From positions 12,276 through 76,275 of the forward strand of contig CAZZKF010000003.1 of NCBI GenBank assembly GCA_964654995.1: a stretch of 64,000 nucleotides of DNA, in the 5' to 3' direction. This DNA comes from an uncultured Alphaproteobacteria bacterium. Lineage in GTDB: Bacteria > Pseudomonadota > Alphaproteobacteria > CAZZKF01. Both the position numbers and the translations under genes were made by a program. Below the pieces are notes generated by a model, which saw nothing but the letters and a program-made list of their open reading frames with translations, did no database searches and had not been told where the DNA came from. Shown piece by piece: positions 43,146 through 54,188 of this stretch; position 1 is the stretch's first letter; every line of letters starts with the position of its first letter.

Positions 43146-44078
43146 TCAGTCGACAAAGCCCAGCCCCATCTCGCGGTAGCGCTCGGGATCGTCGATCCAG
43201 TTGCGGCGCACCTTGACGTAGAGGAACAGATGCACCTTGCGCCCCAGAATCTCCTCGAGCTCATGGCGCGCTGCCGCCCCGATGGCCTTGATGGTCGCCC
43301 CGCCCTTGCCGAGCACGATGCCCTTCTGGCTGTGGCGCTCGACATAGATCACCTGATCGATCCGGACGCTGCCGTCGCCGCGCTCTTCCCAGCTCTCGGT
43401 CTCGACCGTGGTGACATAGGGCAGTTCCTGATGCAGCCTCAGATAGATCTTTTCGCGGGTGATCTCGGCGGCCAGCAGACGCTCGGAAATATCGGTCAGT
43501 TGATCAGGGGGATAATGCCAGGGGCCGGGCGGCACGCTGTCGGCGAAGTAGCGCTTCAAATCCATCACCCCGTCGCCGGTCAGCGCCGAGATCATGAAGG
43601 TCTCGGTAAACACGCCGGTCCGGTTGAGCTCGTCGGCCAGCGCCAGCAGTTGCGGGCGCTTGACCAGATCGATTTTGTTCAAGACCAGAATCGCCTTGAA
43701 ATCCTGTTCGGTCAGGCCGTCGATGATGCGCCGGTCGTCTTCCTGAATGCCGTGGGCGGCATCGATCAGCACGGCACGGATGTCGGCGCCGCCGGCCGCC
43801 GCCCAGGCGGCTGCCACCATCGCCCGGTCGAGGCGCCGGCGCGGGCGAAAGATGCCTGGCGTGTCGATGAACACGAGCTGGGCCGAATCAAAAACGGTGA
43901 CGCCGGTGATCCGGGTGCGGGTGGTCTGGACCTTGTGGGTGACGATCGACACCTTGGAGCCGATCAGCGCATTGAGCAGCGTCGACTTGCCGGCATTCGG
44001 CGCACCCAGGATGGCGATGAAACCGCAGCGCGGCGGCGCCTTGTCGTCCGCCGGGGTGCGCGCGCGGTTTTCAGTCAT
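43146..44078 (-). CDS. era: GTPase Era
   Basis: GFIAILGAPNAGKSTLLN (G1), DTPG (G3) and NKID (G4) GTPase motifs plus a C-terminal KH domain (VERHSQKGIVLGKGGATIK). Start at MTENRAR (44078). Confidence 0.9.
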   Translation of the reverse strand: MTENRARTPADDKAPPRCGFIAILGAPNAGKSTLLNALIGSKVSIVTHKVQTTRTRITGVTVFDSAQLVFIDTPGIFRPRRRLDRAMVAAAWAAAGGADIRAVLIDAAHGIQEDDRRIIDGLTEQDFKAILVLNKIDLVKRPQLLALADELNRTGVFTETFMISALTGDGVMDLKRYFADSVPPGPWHYPPDQLTDISERLLAAEITREKIYLRLHQELPYVTTVETESWEERGDGSVRIDQVIYVERHSQKGIVLGKGGATIKAIGAAARHELEEILGRKVHLFLYVKVRRNWIDDPERYREMGLGFVD

Positions 44079-44772
44079 TGCCGTCACCCCGTTCGTCATC
44101 CGCCTCGCCCTGGCAGCGGGCCAGCAGCCTGGCGGCGGCCCGCTGTTCGGCCTGCTGCTTGGAGCGGCCGCGGCCGCGGGCCGTGCCGGCACCATCGAGG
44201 CGCACCTCGATGGTGAACAGCGGCGCATGATCCGGGCCTTCGCGGGCCACCATTTCATATTCGGGTGGCGCCATGCCGCGCGCCGCTGCCCATTCCTGCA
44301 GCGCCGACTTGGCATCCACCGGCACCGCCTCCTGCTCCGAGATCAGCGCCCCCCAGTAGCGGTCGATAAAGCGTTCCGCGGCTTCCAGCCCGCCATCCAG
44401 ATACAGGGCGGCGATCACCGCTTCGCAGACGTCGGCGAGAATGCCGGATTTTTCCCGCCCGCCGCTTTCCGCCTCGCCGCGCGACAGACGGATATGCGGG
44501 GCAAGGCCAGCCTCAGCCGCAATCCGGGCCAGGGTTTTCTTGCGCACCAGGGCGTTGAAGCGGCGCGCCAGAGTGCCTTCGTCGTCATCGGGAAAGGCGG
44601 CCAGAAGCCGCGCCGCGATGATCATGCCGAGCACCCGGTCGCCGAGGAATTCGAGGCGCTGGTAGCTCGCCTCCCCTTCCCGGCTGGGATGGGTCAGCGC
44701 CTCGCGCAGCCAGTCGTCGTGCCGGAACCGGTGACCCAGGGTTGCGGCAAGATCGCTCAGAGGTTCGGCCAT
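44071..44772 (-). CDS. rnc: Ribonuclease III
   Basis: ERLEFLGDRVLGMIIAARL is the RNase III signature, with a C-terminal dsRBD. Confidence 0.9.
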   Translation of the reverse strand: MAEPLSDLAATLGHRFRHDDWLREALTHPSREGEASYQRLEFLGDRVLGMIIAARLLAAFPDDDEGTLARRFNALVRKKTLARIAAEAGLAPHIRLSRGEAESGGREKSGILADVCEAVIAALYLDGGLEAAERFIDRYWGALISEQEAVPVDAKSALQEWAAARGMAPPEYEMVAREGPDHAPLFTIEVRLDGAGTARGRGRSKQQAEQRAAARLLARCQGEADDERGDGND

Positions 44773-44796
44773 GTCCGGGGCCTCAGGGACACACGG

Positions 44797-45606
44797 TCAG
44801 TGCAGGCGGGTGAAAAAGCGCTCGAACCGGGCCGCCGGAATCCATCGCCAGAACTGCCATTTGGCGGCCGTGCCGTCGGTCGAGAAAAACAGGATCTCGG
44901 CCCGCCCCACCAGGTTTTCCGCCGGGATATAGCCAACGCCGCTGTTGGCCACCCGGCTGTCGGCGGAATTGTCGCGATTGTCACCCATGGCGAAATAATG
45001 CCCGGCGGGCACCACGAACACACCCGTGTTATCGACCGGGCGCGGCCCCATGTCGAGGGTCATGTAGCTCACCCCGTTGGGCAGGGTCTCGCGATACTGG
45101 GCATAGCGCCGGAGATTGCCGAAGCGGTCGCGGTAGACGAAATCCTCGACCCGGACGCGCTTGACCGGCTGGCCGTTGATGTACAGCACGCCATCGATCA
45201 TCTGCAGGCGGTCGCCGGGCAGCCCGACGATGCGCTTGATGTAATCGGTGCGATTGTCCGCCGGCAGTTTGAAAACCACGATATCGCCGCGTTCCACCGG
45301 CTGGGCGAAGATCCGGCCCTTGATCAGCGGCAGGCTGAAGGGCAGCGAATGGCGGCTGTATCCATAGGCATATTTGGACACGAACAGATAGTCGCCGACC
45401 ATCAGCGTCGGCAGCATCGATTCGGACGGGATGTTGAACGGCTCGAACGCGAAACTTCGGATGACCACCGCGATGAGGACCGCATAGACGATCGTCTTGA
45501 CGGTCTCGACCCAGGTGTCGGGTTGCTCGGCTTTTGCCGCCTTGGCGGCTGCCGCCGGCTTGCCGCCCTTCACATCCTTGTCGCCAAGTCGATCGTTGCT
45601 GGTCAT
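44797..45606 (-). CDS. lepB: Signal peptidase I
   Basis: Catalytic Ser (SESMLPTL) and Lys (DYIKRIVGLPGD) boxes, with a GDNRDNSADSR box E. Start at MTSNDRL (45606). Confidence 0.85.
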   Translation of the reverse strand: MTSNDRLGDKDVKGGKPAAAAKAAKAEQPDTWVETVKTIVYAVLIAVVIRSFAFEPFNIPSESMLPTLMVGDYLFVSKYAYGYSRHSLPFSLPLIKGRIFAQPVERGDIVVFKLPADNRTDYIKRIVGLPGDRLQMIDGVLYINGQPVKRVRVEDFVYRDRFGNLRRYAQYRETLPNGVSYMTLDMGPRPVDNTGVFVVPAGHYFAMGDNRDNSADSRVANSGVGYIPAENLVGRAEILFFSTDGTAAKWQFWRWIPAARFERFFTRLH

Positions 45607-45673
45607 AGTTCTTTCCGTCTGGACGCCGCACCACCGGGCCCGGCGGACATAAAGGAGGCTTGCCGCGGTGCTG

Positions 45674-46126
45674 TCAAGCCTGCACCGATCCGCGGCCGTT
45701 CCCGGAGACCGGCGATCCATCACCCGCCGCCAGCGGCTCGGCGGTGATGATGACGATCGCCTGGGCCAGCGGATGGTCGTCGGTAAGCGTGAGGTGAATG
45801 CGTGGGCGATGCCCCGGCGGGGTGATCTCGTGCAGGCGCGCAAGCGCGCCGCCGGTGAGCTCCATGGTCGGCCGGCCGCCGGGCTCGTTCACCACGCCCA
45901 GGTCGCGCCAGAAGACGCCCTTGCGAAAACCGGTGCCAAGCGCCTTGGCGCAGGCCTCCTTGGCGGCGAAACGCTTGGCATAGCTGGCGGCGCGGTTGGC
46001 CCGGCGCTCCGATTTTTCCCGCTCGATATCGGTGAAGACACGGGCGATGAAGCGCTCGCCGAACCGGTCGAGGCTGTTCTCGATGCGGCGGATATCGATA
46101 ATGTCGTTGCCCAGCCCGATGATCAT
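45674..46126 (-). CDS. acpS: Holo-ACP synthase
   Basis: [16 protein letters not shown]...[14 protein letters not shown] is the canonical AcpS sequence. Confidence 0.8.
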   Translation of the reverse strand: MIIGLGNDIIDIRRIENSLDRFGERFIARVFTDIEREKSERRANRAASYAKRFAAKEACAKALGTGFRKGVFWRDLGVVNEPGGRPTMELTGGALARLHEITPPGHRPRIHLTLTDDHPLAQAIVIITAEPLAAGDGSPVSGNGRGSVQA

Positions 46127-46130
46127 GCCG

Positions 46131-46895
46131 TTAGCCGTCGCCAACGCCGGCCCGGGCGCGATGCGCATCCATCTGGCGGCGCATCTCGACAATCGCCGCC
46201 TCCAGCCCGACAAACACCGCCTCGCCGATCAGGAAATGGCCGATGTTGAGCTCGACGATCTGCGGGATCGCCGCCACCGGCCCGACGGTCTCGTAATCGA
46301 GGCCGTGACCGGCATGGCATTCCAGGCCCAGCTCGACGGCGAGGCGAGCCGCCGCCTGCAAGCGGGCAAGCTCGGCTGCACGCGCCGCGCCCTCGGCCTC
46401 GACATAGGTGCCGGTATGAAGCTCCACCGCCGGCGCCCCGACGTCGGCCGCGGCGCGAAGCTGGGCTTCGTCCGGATCGATGAACAGGGCAACGCGGATG
46501 CCGGCGCCTGACAGCCGGGCCACGGCCTGCCCGATCTGGTCGCGGGCCGCGGCGACATCCAGCCCGCCTTCGGTGGTCAGTTCCTGGCGGCGTTCGGGGA
46601 CCAGACAGCAGGCATGCGGGCGATGGCGGCAGGCAATCGCGATCATCTCCGGCGTTGCCGCCATCTCGAGGTTGAGCGGCAGGTCGATCTCGGTCATCAG
46701 CCGGGCGATATCATCGTCGACGATATGGCGGCGATCCTCGCGCAGATGCGCGGTAATGCCGTCGGCCCTGGCCCTGGCAGCAATCCGGGCGCCGCGCAGG
46801 GGATCGGGATGGCGGCCGCCGCGGGCGTTGCGCAGCGTTGCAATGTGATCGATGTTGACGCCCAGGCGCAGAGGCGCAATCGCGGTCGTGGTCAT
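46131..46895 (-). CDS. pdxJ: Pyridoxine 5'-phosphate synthase
   Basis: [27 protein letters not shown]... is a canonical PdxJ N-terminus. The start overlaps the stop of the upstream DUF2062 gene (ATGA). Confidence 0.9.
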   Translation of the reverse strand: MTTTAIAPLRLGVNIDHIATLRNARGGRHPDPLRGARIAARARADGITAHLREDRRHIVDDDIARLMTEIDLPLNLEMAATPEMIAIACRHRPHACCLVPERRQELTTEGGLDVAAARDQIGQAVARLSGAGIRVALFIDPDEAQLRAAADVGAPAVELHTGTYVEAEGAARAAELARLQAAARLAVELGLECHAGHGLDYETVGPVAAIPQIVELNIGHFLIGEAVFVGLEAAIVEMRRQMDAHRARAGVGDG

Positions 46896-47500
46896 GATGC
46901 AGCGTGATCCTGATTGCCCTGGGGTCGGCTCGCGGCGCTGGCCTCGAGGCGCTTCTCGAGGCGTTCTTCGAGATGGCGGCGGCGGCGTTCGCGATAGCTG
47001 GTCAGCAGGTGGCCGACCGACCAGAACACCGCCCACCAGACCGCGATCCCGGTGATCAGCCCGCCCACCGTCATCGGCAGCAGCAACGGCCCCAATGTGC
47101 CGATCGGATCGATCAGAATATCGCCCAGCGACAGATGCACGGTGGAATGCGCGGGATCGACCGTCCGCATGCCCAGAACCCAGGCGCCGAGCCGATAGGT
47201 CCACATCCATATCAAGGGGAACGTCCAGGGATTGCCGACCGCGGTGCCGATGGCCGAGGCCAGCACGTTGACGCCGAGCATCCAGGCCAGCAGCACCGCG
47301 AGCAGCAGATGCAGGCCGATAAACGGGGTGAACGAAATCGCTGCACCACAGGCCAGCCCGGCGGCGATCGAGTACGGCGAGCCGGGCAGCCGCGCCACCC
47401 GGTAGCGCAGGTACAGAAACGCGCGGCGCCAGCCGGCGCTGGGCCAGAAGAATTCCCGCACTTGGCGCCAGGCGCGGCGTTTGACTCGGCTGCGAAACAC
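46892..47500 (-). CDS. DUF2062-family membrane protein
   Basis: 202 aa with 3-4 TM helices. DUF2062 proteins are commonly encoded upstream of pdxJ/acpS. Confidence 0.55.
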   Translation of the reverse strand: MFRSRVKRRAWRQVREFFWPSAGWRRAFLYLRYRVARLPGSPYSIAAGLACGAAISFTPFIGLHLLLAVLLAWMLGVNVLASAIGTAVGNPWTFPLIWMWTYRLGAWVLGMRTVDPAHSTVHLSLGDILIDPIGTLGPLLLPMTVGGLITGIAVWWAVFWSVGHLLTSYRERRRRHLEERLEKRLEASAASRPQGNQDHAAS

Positions 47501-47577
47501 GTTTCCCGTTCTTTCTGTTCCCGTGTGCGTTCCTGCCCTGAATCAGTTGTCTTCGTTCGCGCGCGGCCGAGGCAATC

Positions 47578-49725
47578 CTAGCCCCGCACGCGCTCGACCT
47601 GATGGACGACGCGGCTGGCCCGGAGCGCGGCGATGATGTTGGTCAGATGCTTCACGTCGCGGACCTCGATGTCGACATCGACCCCGAAGAACTTGGGATT
47701 GCGCTCGACGATCTTCAGGTTCGAGATGTTGCCCTGGTTCTTGGCAATCACCGTCGCCAGTGTACCAAGGGCGCCCGCTTCGTTTACTAGCATTGTGGTG
47801 ATTCGTCCAACATGAAATCCCGGGTCCCGGGCATTCACGTCCCAGGATACGTCGAGCCAGCGCTCGGGCACCTCGGCATAGCTTTCCAGCGTCTCGCAGT
47901 CGATGGTGTGGATCATGATCCCCTTGCCCTTCTCGACAATTCCGACAATGCGGTCGCCGGGGATCGGGTAGCAGCATTCCGAGAGGTGCACGGCCATGCC
48001 CGGGGTCAGGCCCTTGATCGGGATCGGGCGGCCTTCGCCATTGCTGGCCGGGTTGCGGAAGAAGGGTTCGGCATCGGCCGGCTGGCCCTTGAACTCAAAG
48101 CCCGGGAAGACCGCCTCGAACACCTGTTTGGCGCTCAGCTCGCCTTTGCCGACGGCGACGAACAGATCCTCATCGCTCTTGAATTTCAGCACCTGGCGGG
48201 CCCGGCTCTGGGCCTTGCGGCCGAAGTCCTGGCCTTCCTGGTCGAAGGCGCGCTCGAGAATGGCAAGGCCGAGCTCCGCATACTGGGCCCGTTCCTGGGC
48301 GCGGATGAAGCGGCGAATGGCGGAGCGCGCCTTGCCGCTGACCACGAAGGTTTCCCATTTCGGCGACGGCGTCTGGGCCTTGGAGCGCAAAATTTCCACC
48401 TGGTCGCCATTGCGCAGGCGGGTGCGCAGGGGCACCAGCCCGCCGTTGACCTTGGCGCCAACGCAGGTATCACCGATATCGGTGTGCACGGCGTAGGCGA
48501 AATCGACCGGCGTGGCGCCGCGCGGCAGGGCGATCAGATCGCCCTTGGGGGTAAAGCAGAACACCTGATCCTGGAACATCTCCAGCTTGGTGTGTTCGAG
48601 AAATTCCTCCGGCGACGAGCCGTGATCGAGAATTTCCAGCAGCTCGCGCAGCCAGCGGTACTGGGTGCCGCCGACATGGCGTTTGCGCGCGCTCTGCTTG
48701 TACTGCCAGTGGGCGGCGACGCCGAGCTCGGCCACCCGGTGCATCTCGCGGGTGCGGATCTGAATTTCGATGCGCTGCTTTTCCGGCCCGATCACGGTGG
48801 TGTGGATCGACTGGTACTGGTTGCGCTTGGGCGTCGAGATGTAGTCCTTGAAGCGCCCCGGCACCATCGTCCAGGTCGTGTGCACGACGCCAAGCGCGCG
48901 ATAGCAGGCTTCGCGGTCGTCGACCAGAATGCGAAACGCCATGATGTCGCACAGCTGCTCGAACGAGATGTTGTTCTTCTGCATCTTGCGCCAGATCGAA
49001 TAGGGCCGCTTCAGGCGGCCGACGACTTCCGCCTTGATTCCGTTCTTGGCAAGCGTGCGCTGCAGCTTGCGCGACACCCGGGCCTGAAGGTTGCCGGCCG
49101 ATTTGCGCAGGAATTCGAGCCGCGCCAGGATCGATTCGCGGGCCTCGGGGTGCAACTCGGCAAACGCCAGATCCTCGAGCTCGTCCTTCATTGCCTGCAT
49201 GCCGATGCGCTCGGCCAGCGGCGCATAGATTTCCATGGTCTCGAGGGCGATGCGGCGGCGCTTGTCCGGGTCCTTGATGTGCGAGAGCGTGCGCATGTTG
49301 TGCAGCCGGTCGGCGAGCTTGACCAGCAGCACCCGGATATCGTTGGACATGGCGAGCAGAAACTTGCGGAAGTTTTCCGCCTCGCGGGCACGCTCCGAGG
49401 TCAGCTCGATCTGCGACAGCTTGGTCACCCCGTCGACCAGGGTGGCGATTTCGGATCCGAACAGTTCCTCGAGTTCCTCGCGGGTTGCGACCGTGTCCTC
49501 GATGGTATCATGCAGCAGCGCGGTGGCGATGGTGGCACCGTCGAGCTTCATGTCGGTGAGAATGCCGGCGACTTCGAGGGGATGCGAAAAATAGGGATCG
49601 CCCGAGGCCCGGGTCTGGCTGCCATGCGCCTTCATCGAAAACACGTAGGCGCGGTTGAGCACCGCCTCGTTGACGCTGCTGTCGTAGGATTTGACTTTTT
49701 CGACCAGTTCGTATTGCCGGATCAC
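47578..49725 (-). CDS. rsh: Bifunctional (p)ppGpp synthetase/hydrolase (Rel/SpoT homologue)
   Basis: 715 aa with an HD hydrolase domain (HPLEVAGIL...LHDTIEDT), a synthetase domain ([12 protein letters not shown]), and TGS and ACT domains. Confidence 0.9.
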   Translation of the reverse strand: MIRQYELVEKVKSYDSSVNEAVLNRAYVFSMKAHGSQTRASGDPYFSHPLEVAGILTDMKLDGATIATALLHDTIEDTVATREELEELFGSEIATLVDGVTKLSQIELTSERAREAENFRKFLLAMSNDIRVLLVKLADRLHNMRTLSHIKDPDKRRRIALETMEIYAPLAERIGMQAMKDELEDLAFAELHPEARESILARLEFLRKSAGNLQARVSRKLQRTLAKNGIKAEVVGRLKRPYSIWRKMQKNNISFEQLCDIMAFRILVDDREACYRALGVVHTTWTMVPGRFKDYISTPKRNQYQSIHTTVIGPEKQRIEIQIRTREMHRVAELGVAAHWQYKQSARKRHVGGTQYRWLRELLEILDHGSSPEEFLEHTKLEMFQDQVFCFTPKGDLIALPRGATPVDFAYAVHTDIGDTCVGAKVNGGLVPLRTRLRNGDQVEILRSKAQTPSPKWETFVVSGKARSAIRRFIRAQERAQYAELGLAILERAFDQEGQDFGRKAQSRARQVLKFKSDEDLFVAVGKGELSAKQVFEAVFPGFEFKGQPADAEPFFRNPASNGEGRPIPIKGLTPGMAVHLSECCYPIPGDRIVGIVEKGKGIMIHTIDCETLESYAEVPERWLDVSWDVNARDPGFHVGRITTMLVNEAGALGTLATVIAKNQGNISNLKIVERNPKFFGVDVDIEVRDVKHLTNIIAALRASRVVHQVERVRG

Positions 49726-49875
49726 GATGCTTTACGGGCCGGTCCCGGCCGCCTCTTGCTTCGGCCGGGCCATGGTTGGCCTGGCGTCAATCTCGATCGT
49801 TGTCGCTCGGATCCGGGAAGACAGGGGAAGACGGCCGATCGAAGTGGCCGAATTTGCGTCGGCTCTCGCGCCGCC

Positions 49876-50319
49876 CTATGCCTTCGGCTCGCCTTCGGGT
49901 GCCGGCGCCGCTTCTTCCACGTCCGGAGCGGTCGCGGCGTCACCCGCCGCCTCGGCGGTGGTGCCGGTTTCTTCCTGCGCCTTGAATTCGGACAGGGCCT
50001 TGGCGAGATGTTCGGCGGCCACGTCCTGGCCCTGCTGCAACTCGCGGGAAACCTCGACAAGCGACAGATCGTCTTCCTCGGGCTCGTCGATCTCGACATG
50101 TTTCTGCATGCTGGAGATCACCGCTTCACGCAGCTCGTCCGCCTTGATCGTCTCCTCGGCGATCTCGCGCAGAGCAACGACCGGGTTCTTGTCGTTGTCC
50201 CGATCGACGGTCAGGGGCGCACCGGACGAAATCGCCCGGGCCCGCTGGGCCGCCAGCAGAACCAGCTCAAATCGATTGGGAACCTTGTCGACGCAGTCTT
50301 CTACGGTAACCCGAGCCAT
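49876..50319 (-). CDS. rpoZ: DNA-directed RNA polymerase subunit omega
   Basis: [30 protein letters not shown] is the canonical omega N-terminus, followed by an acidic tail. Conserved position next to rsh. Confidence 0.85.
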   Translation of the reverse strand: MARVTVEDCVDKVPNRFELVLLAAQRARAISSGAPLTVDRDNDKNPVVALREIAEETIKADELREAVISSMQKHVEIDEPEEDDLSLVEVSRELQQGQDVAAEHLAKALSEFKAQEETGTTAEAAGDAATAPDVEEAAPAPEGEPKA

Positions 50320-50451
50320 CTCGAAAACTCCAATCCAGTGATCGCGCGATATAGATAGGCCCGAGCCTCGGATAAAGCAAGAACATCTGACCGAAAAGGC
50401 ATGTTTTGCCGCGCCGCGAGCGCCAGCCGCGCTCCGGCGCCCCACCCGGCC

Positions 50452-52332
50452 CTAGGCGACTTCGTCGACCGGCCGGCCGAACAGGCGCAGGCCGGCGTAA
50501 AGCACCAGGCCGCTGAGCGGCAACAACAGCCACCACGGCGCCCCCAAGGCGGCCGGCACCGTGCCCAGCAGCACCGCCACGGCGCCGACGAACAGGGCAT
50601 AGGGAAGCTGGGTGCGGACGTGCTGGACATGATCGCAGCCCGACGCAACCGACGACAGCACCGTGGTATCCGAGATCGGCGAGCAGTGATCGCCCCACAC
50701 CGCACCGCCGAGCACCGCTGCAATCACCGAATAGAGAATGTGCATCTCGGCCGGCTCGGCCATCGCTTGCGTCGTCATGATCGCCCAGGAGAGCGGGATG
50801 ACGAGGGGCACCAGAATGCCCATCGCCCCCCAGCTGGTGCCGGTGGCAAAGGCCGTGACCGCCGAAATCACGAACACCAGCGCCGGAATCGACCACACGG
50901 GCAACCGGTCGCCAAGCACCGAGACCAGATAGTCGGCCGTGTGCAGAATGTCGGTGACCGAGGAAAGCGCCCAGGCCAGCACCAGGATGATCAGCGGCGC
51001 GAACATCGCTTTCACCCCTTCGGTCCAGGCGTGCAAGGCATCGGTGAAGGAGAGCACCCGATAGCCGATGGTCAGCCCGATGGCCACCAGCACCCCGGCA
51101 AACGACCCCCACAGCAGCGAGCGAAACGGATCGGCGCTGCCGACAATGTCCTGGATGGTTTCGCCGTCGCCGGTCAGATAAAGCCCGAAGGCCAGCCCCA
51201 GGCTCAACGCCACGATCGGGATGACGGCGAGCCGCGCCAGATGGCGGCCATCGGCGGTGGCCTGGACCTTCATCTCGTTCGAGGTCCGGGCGCTCGCCTG
51301 CAGGTGAACATCGGCGACCTCGCCGGTCTCCCGGGCCAGGCGCTCGGCCGCCACCATCGGCCCGAAGTCGCGCCCGGTATGAGCCACCAGAAAGACGAAG
51401 AGCAAGGCCAGCAGCGGATAGAAATTATAAGGAATCGAGTTGAAAAACAGCGCGTACGCCGACTGCGAGATGCCCGAAACCTCGTCGAGCGCGCTTTCGA
51501 TCAGACCGACTTCATAGCCGATCCAGGTGCTGATCAGGGCAATGCAGGCCAGCGGCGCGGCGGTCGAATCGACGATATAGGCGAGTTTTTCGCGCGAGAT
51601 GCGCAGGCGGTCGGAAATCGGCCGCATGGTGTTGCCCACCACCAGCGTATTGGCGTAGTCATCGAAAAAGATCACCAGCCCCAGGACGGCCGCCGTCAAC
51701 TGCCCGCGCCGGGGCGTATTGGCGCCGCGGGCAACGATGAAATCGACAATCCCCTGCATGCCGCCGTTGGCGGTGACGATCCCCAGCATGCCGCCGATCA
51801 TCAGCGAAAAGCCCATGATCGCGACATGATCGGGAACGCTCGCCGCGGCAATCACATGGACGGCAAAGCCCTGGAACAGCCCGGTGATCACGCCAATCAA
51901 AGAAAAGCCGGTGATCGCCCAGGCGCCGACCCAGATGCCGAGAAACAGGGCCGGCACGACCTGGCGGAACAAGAGTGCGATCGCAATGGCGATCAGCGGC
52001 GGCAAAATCGAAACCCAGGCCGGCAGAACCAGAACTTGCGCCGCGGCAAGCTCCTGCCCGCCGGCCTTGAGCACGATTCGGGTGCGCCCGCCGGCCCTGA
52101 GCACGGCGTCCGACACCATGCCCCTGCCGCCGTCGGCGTCCGCCACCGGCAACGGGCTGTCGGTGCCGAGCTCGACCACGAGATCGGCACCCGCCGGCGC
52201 GTCTTTCACACCGATATCGAAAGGGATGCCGGCAAGCACCACCTGCGGCACATCGAGCGTCGGTGCCGCCCGCGCCGTCACGCCAAGCGACAAAAGAACC
52301 AGGAATAAAGAAACAGCAAAGACGCGGCGCAT
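50452..52332 (-). CDS. NhaC-family Na+/H+ antiporter with an N-terminal secreted extension
   Basis: Signal peptide (MRRVFAVSLFLVLLSLGVTARA) plus a ~100 aa extracytoplasmic segment, then ~12 TM helices with NhaC-like motifs. Confidence 0.7.
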   Translation of the reverse strand: MRRVFAVSLFLVLLSLGVTARAAPTLDVPQVVLAGIPFDIGVKDAPAGADLVVELGTDSPLPVADADGGRGMVSDAVLRAGGRTRIVLKAGGQELAAAQVLVLPAWVSILPPLIAIAIALLFRQVVPALFLGIWVGAWAITGFSLIGVITGLFQGFAVHVIAAASVPDHVAIMGFSLMIGGMLGIVTANGGMQGIVDFIVARGANTPRRGQLTAAVLGLVIFFDDYANTLVVGNTMRPISDRLRISREKLAYIVDSTAAPLACIALISTWIGYEVGLIESALDEVSGISQSAYALFFNSIPYNFYPLLALLFVFLVAHTGRDFGPMVAAERLARETGEVADVHLQASARTSNEMKVQATADGRHLARLAVIPIVALSLGLAFGLYLTGDGETIQDIVGSADPFRSLLWGSFAGVLVAIGLTIGYRVLSFTDALHAWTEGVKAMFAPLIILVLAWALSSVTDILHTADYLVSVLGDRLPVWSIPALVFVISAVTAFATGTSWGAMGILVPLVIPLSWAIMTTQAMAEPAEMHILYSVIAAVLGGAVWGDHCSPISDTTVLSSVASGCDHVQHVRTQLPYALFVGAVAVLLGTVPAALGAPWWLLLPLSGLVLYAGLRLFGRPVDEVA

Positions 52333-52534
52333 CGCCCCCAACCACCGTTTGTTGCCTGTCGGCCCCGGGTGTTCGCCGCCCACTATTCTCGAAACCGGCA
52401 GCGATCACAAGACAGAGATAAAGGACGGACCCGCCGCCCCCTTGGTGCAGCGGCGGCCTTCGATGACGGTTGGATCGCGGGCATTGTCGATCACCGGGAC
52501 TGTGCCTCGGCCGGCAAAATGAAGTCCGTCCCCG

Positions 52535-53155
52535 TTACAGGATCAGCTCTGAAACATCCCTGTAATCGCCGAGCTTGCCCTTGATGAAGGTATTGAAGGC
52601 CAGGGAATATCTTGGCTGGCTGGACATATTGACCTGAACGAGGTGCTGCAGGCTTGAAGAGAAGATGATCAGGTCGTTCTTTTGCGGCAGGATCAGGTTT
52701 TTCGTGGTGTTGTAGATGTTCACTTTCCCCTGCTCCGGAAAAAGCTCGATCTGCTGATAGGTTCTGTGGCGCTCGAATATCATCCCGGCCACCGGCTCCG
52801 GCATATCCGTGTAGTACAGGGACCCGGACACCACCGAGTTCGAATGGGTATGGCTGTGCATGCCAACGTTCGGCGGGTTTATCAGCGACCACGACTGCGT
52901 CACATAGAGCTTCTGGCGGATTCCCAGGACTTCGGCGGCAAATATGTCGAGGACTTCCTGGACCGCCTCCTTGATGCTCTTGAGCTCCGGTTCCTCGAAA
53001 ATGTAAAGGTTCTCGGAAATCAGATTCATCTGATTCGGAACCATTTTCAGATTCTTCAGATAGTCGATCTGCGCGTCGCTGATCGCGTGACCGATGTTGG
53101 CCTTGAGATAGGGTTCAACAAATAACGGATGGACTTCGTAGTCGATGCTCGCCAT
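52535..53155 (-). CDS. Putative 2OG-Fe(II) oxygenase-like protein (TIGR02466-like), low-GC islet
   Basis: 206 aa, MASIDYEVHPLFVEPY.... Local GC is markedly lower than the flanks (roughly 50% by eye) with an A/T-rich third position. Contains a His cluster (GMHSHTHSN). Confidence 0.5.
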   Translation of the reverse strand: MASIDYEVHPLFVEPYLKANIGHAISDAQIDYLKNLKMVPNQMNLISENLYIFEEPELKSIKEAVQEVLDIFAAEVLGIRQKLYVTQSWSLINPPNVGMHSHTHSNSVVSGSLYYTDMPEPVAGMIFERHRTYQQIELFPEQGKVNIYNTTKNLILPQKNDLIIFSSSLQHLVQVNMSSQPRYSLAFNTFIKGKLGDYRDVSELIL

Positions 53156-53436
53156 GGCTCGCCAACCCCCCTGCCGCCATGAAGTCAGGCCCGGAAATAT
53201 GCACTACAGAATTAATTGGTGTCCAGAGTTTCTCGCAGCTCCGATTATGTCTCCGGCGTCCAAACGGACTCGCCCGTTCCGACCTTTTGCAGGGCGGTGA
53301 CGGGCCGGCAGCACCGGGCCAGGCCCGGACTCGGCCCGCAGCTTGTGTGCGCTGCCGGCGGCTGGTGCGGCTTGCGCAAGGACCGGCTTGGGCGCTACAA
53401 CCGTCGGCTGGGAGGAGAGATTCGGAGGAGCAATCC

Positions 53437-54168
53437 ATGAAACTGGCGGTGGCGGCGACCAAGGTTCACAAATGGGTGGGCCTGATCCTCGGCGTTCAGG
53501 TGATTCTGTGGATTGCCGGCGGTCTGGTGATGAGCTGGTTTCCCATCGAACGTGTGCGCGGCGAGCACAACATGCGCACACCGCCGGCTTATGACCTCGC
53601 GGATGTCGGGACGATCGTGCCGGTGACACAGGCCCTGGCCCAGGCCGGGCCGGCGCCAGTGCGCCGCCTCGAGCTCGCCTATCTTCTCGACCGGCCGGTC
53701 TATCGCCTCGAGGTCGGCCAGGAGAAGGACAGGGCGCGCCATATTCTGGTCGACGCCCGCGACGGCAGGCGGCTCTCGCCCCTGAGCGAGGACTGGGCCC
53801 GGCGGATCGCATTGAGCGATTTCGCCGGCAACGCGCAGGCCAGATCTGTCCAGCTTCTGTCGGCCACCAACGGCGAATACCGCGGCGCCGTGCCGGTCTG
53901 GCAGGTCGTCCTCGACGATGCGGAAGACACCCACATTTATGTCTCGCCCGACACCGGCCGGGTGGTTGCCCGGCGCAATTCGGTGTGGCGGCTTTACGAT
54001 TTCTTCTGGATGCTGCACATCATGGATTACAAGACGCGCAGCAATTTCAACCATCCGCTGATCATCGGTGCCGCCGCCGTTGCCCTGATCCTGTCGGTGA
54101 GCGGGCTGCTGCTGCTGTTCTATCGTTTCGGCCGGCGCGATTTCGCCTGGATCCGGCGCCGGCGATGA
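53437..54168 (+). CDS. PepSY-domain membrane protein
   Basis: ATG at 53437 preceded by GGAGGAG. An N-terminal TM (KWVGLILGVQVILWIAGGLV), periplasmic PepSY-like repeats and a C-terminal TM. Confidence 0.6.
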   Translation: MKLAVAATKVHKWVGLILGVQVILWIAGGLVMSWFPIERVRGEHNMRTPPAYDLADVGTIVPVTQALAQAGPAPVRRLELAYLLDRPVYRLEVGQEKDRARHILVDARDGRRLSPLSEDWARRIALSDFAGNAQARSVQLLSATNGEYRGAVPVWQVVLDDAEDTHIYVSPDTGRVVARRNSVWRLYDFFWMLHIMDYKTRSNFNHPLIIGAAAVALILSVSGLLLLFYRFGRRDFAWIRRRR

Positions 54169-54188
54169 CCGGTGCGGCTGAACATGCC

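Noticed and set aside
50401-52308. 635-aa plus-strand ORF antisense to the NhaC gene
   Set aside because: It overlaps a clear polytopic antiporter on the minus strand. Its product is R/G/H/D/Q-rich with no hydrophobic core. High-GC artefact.
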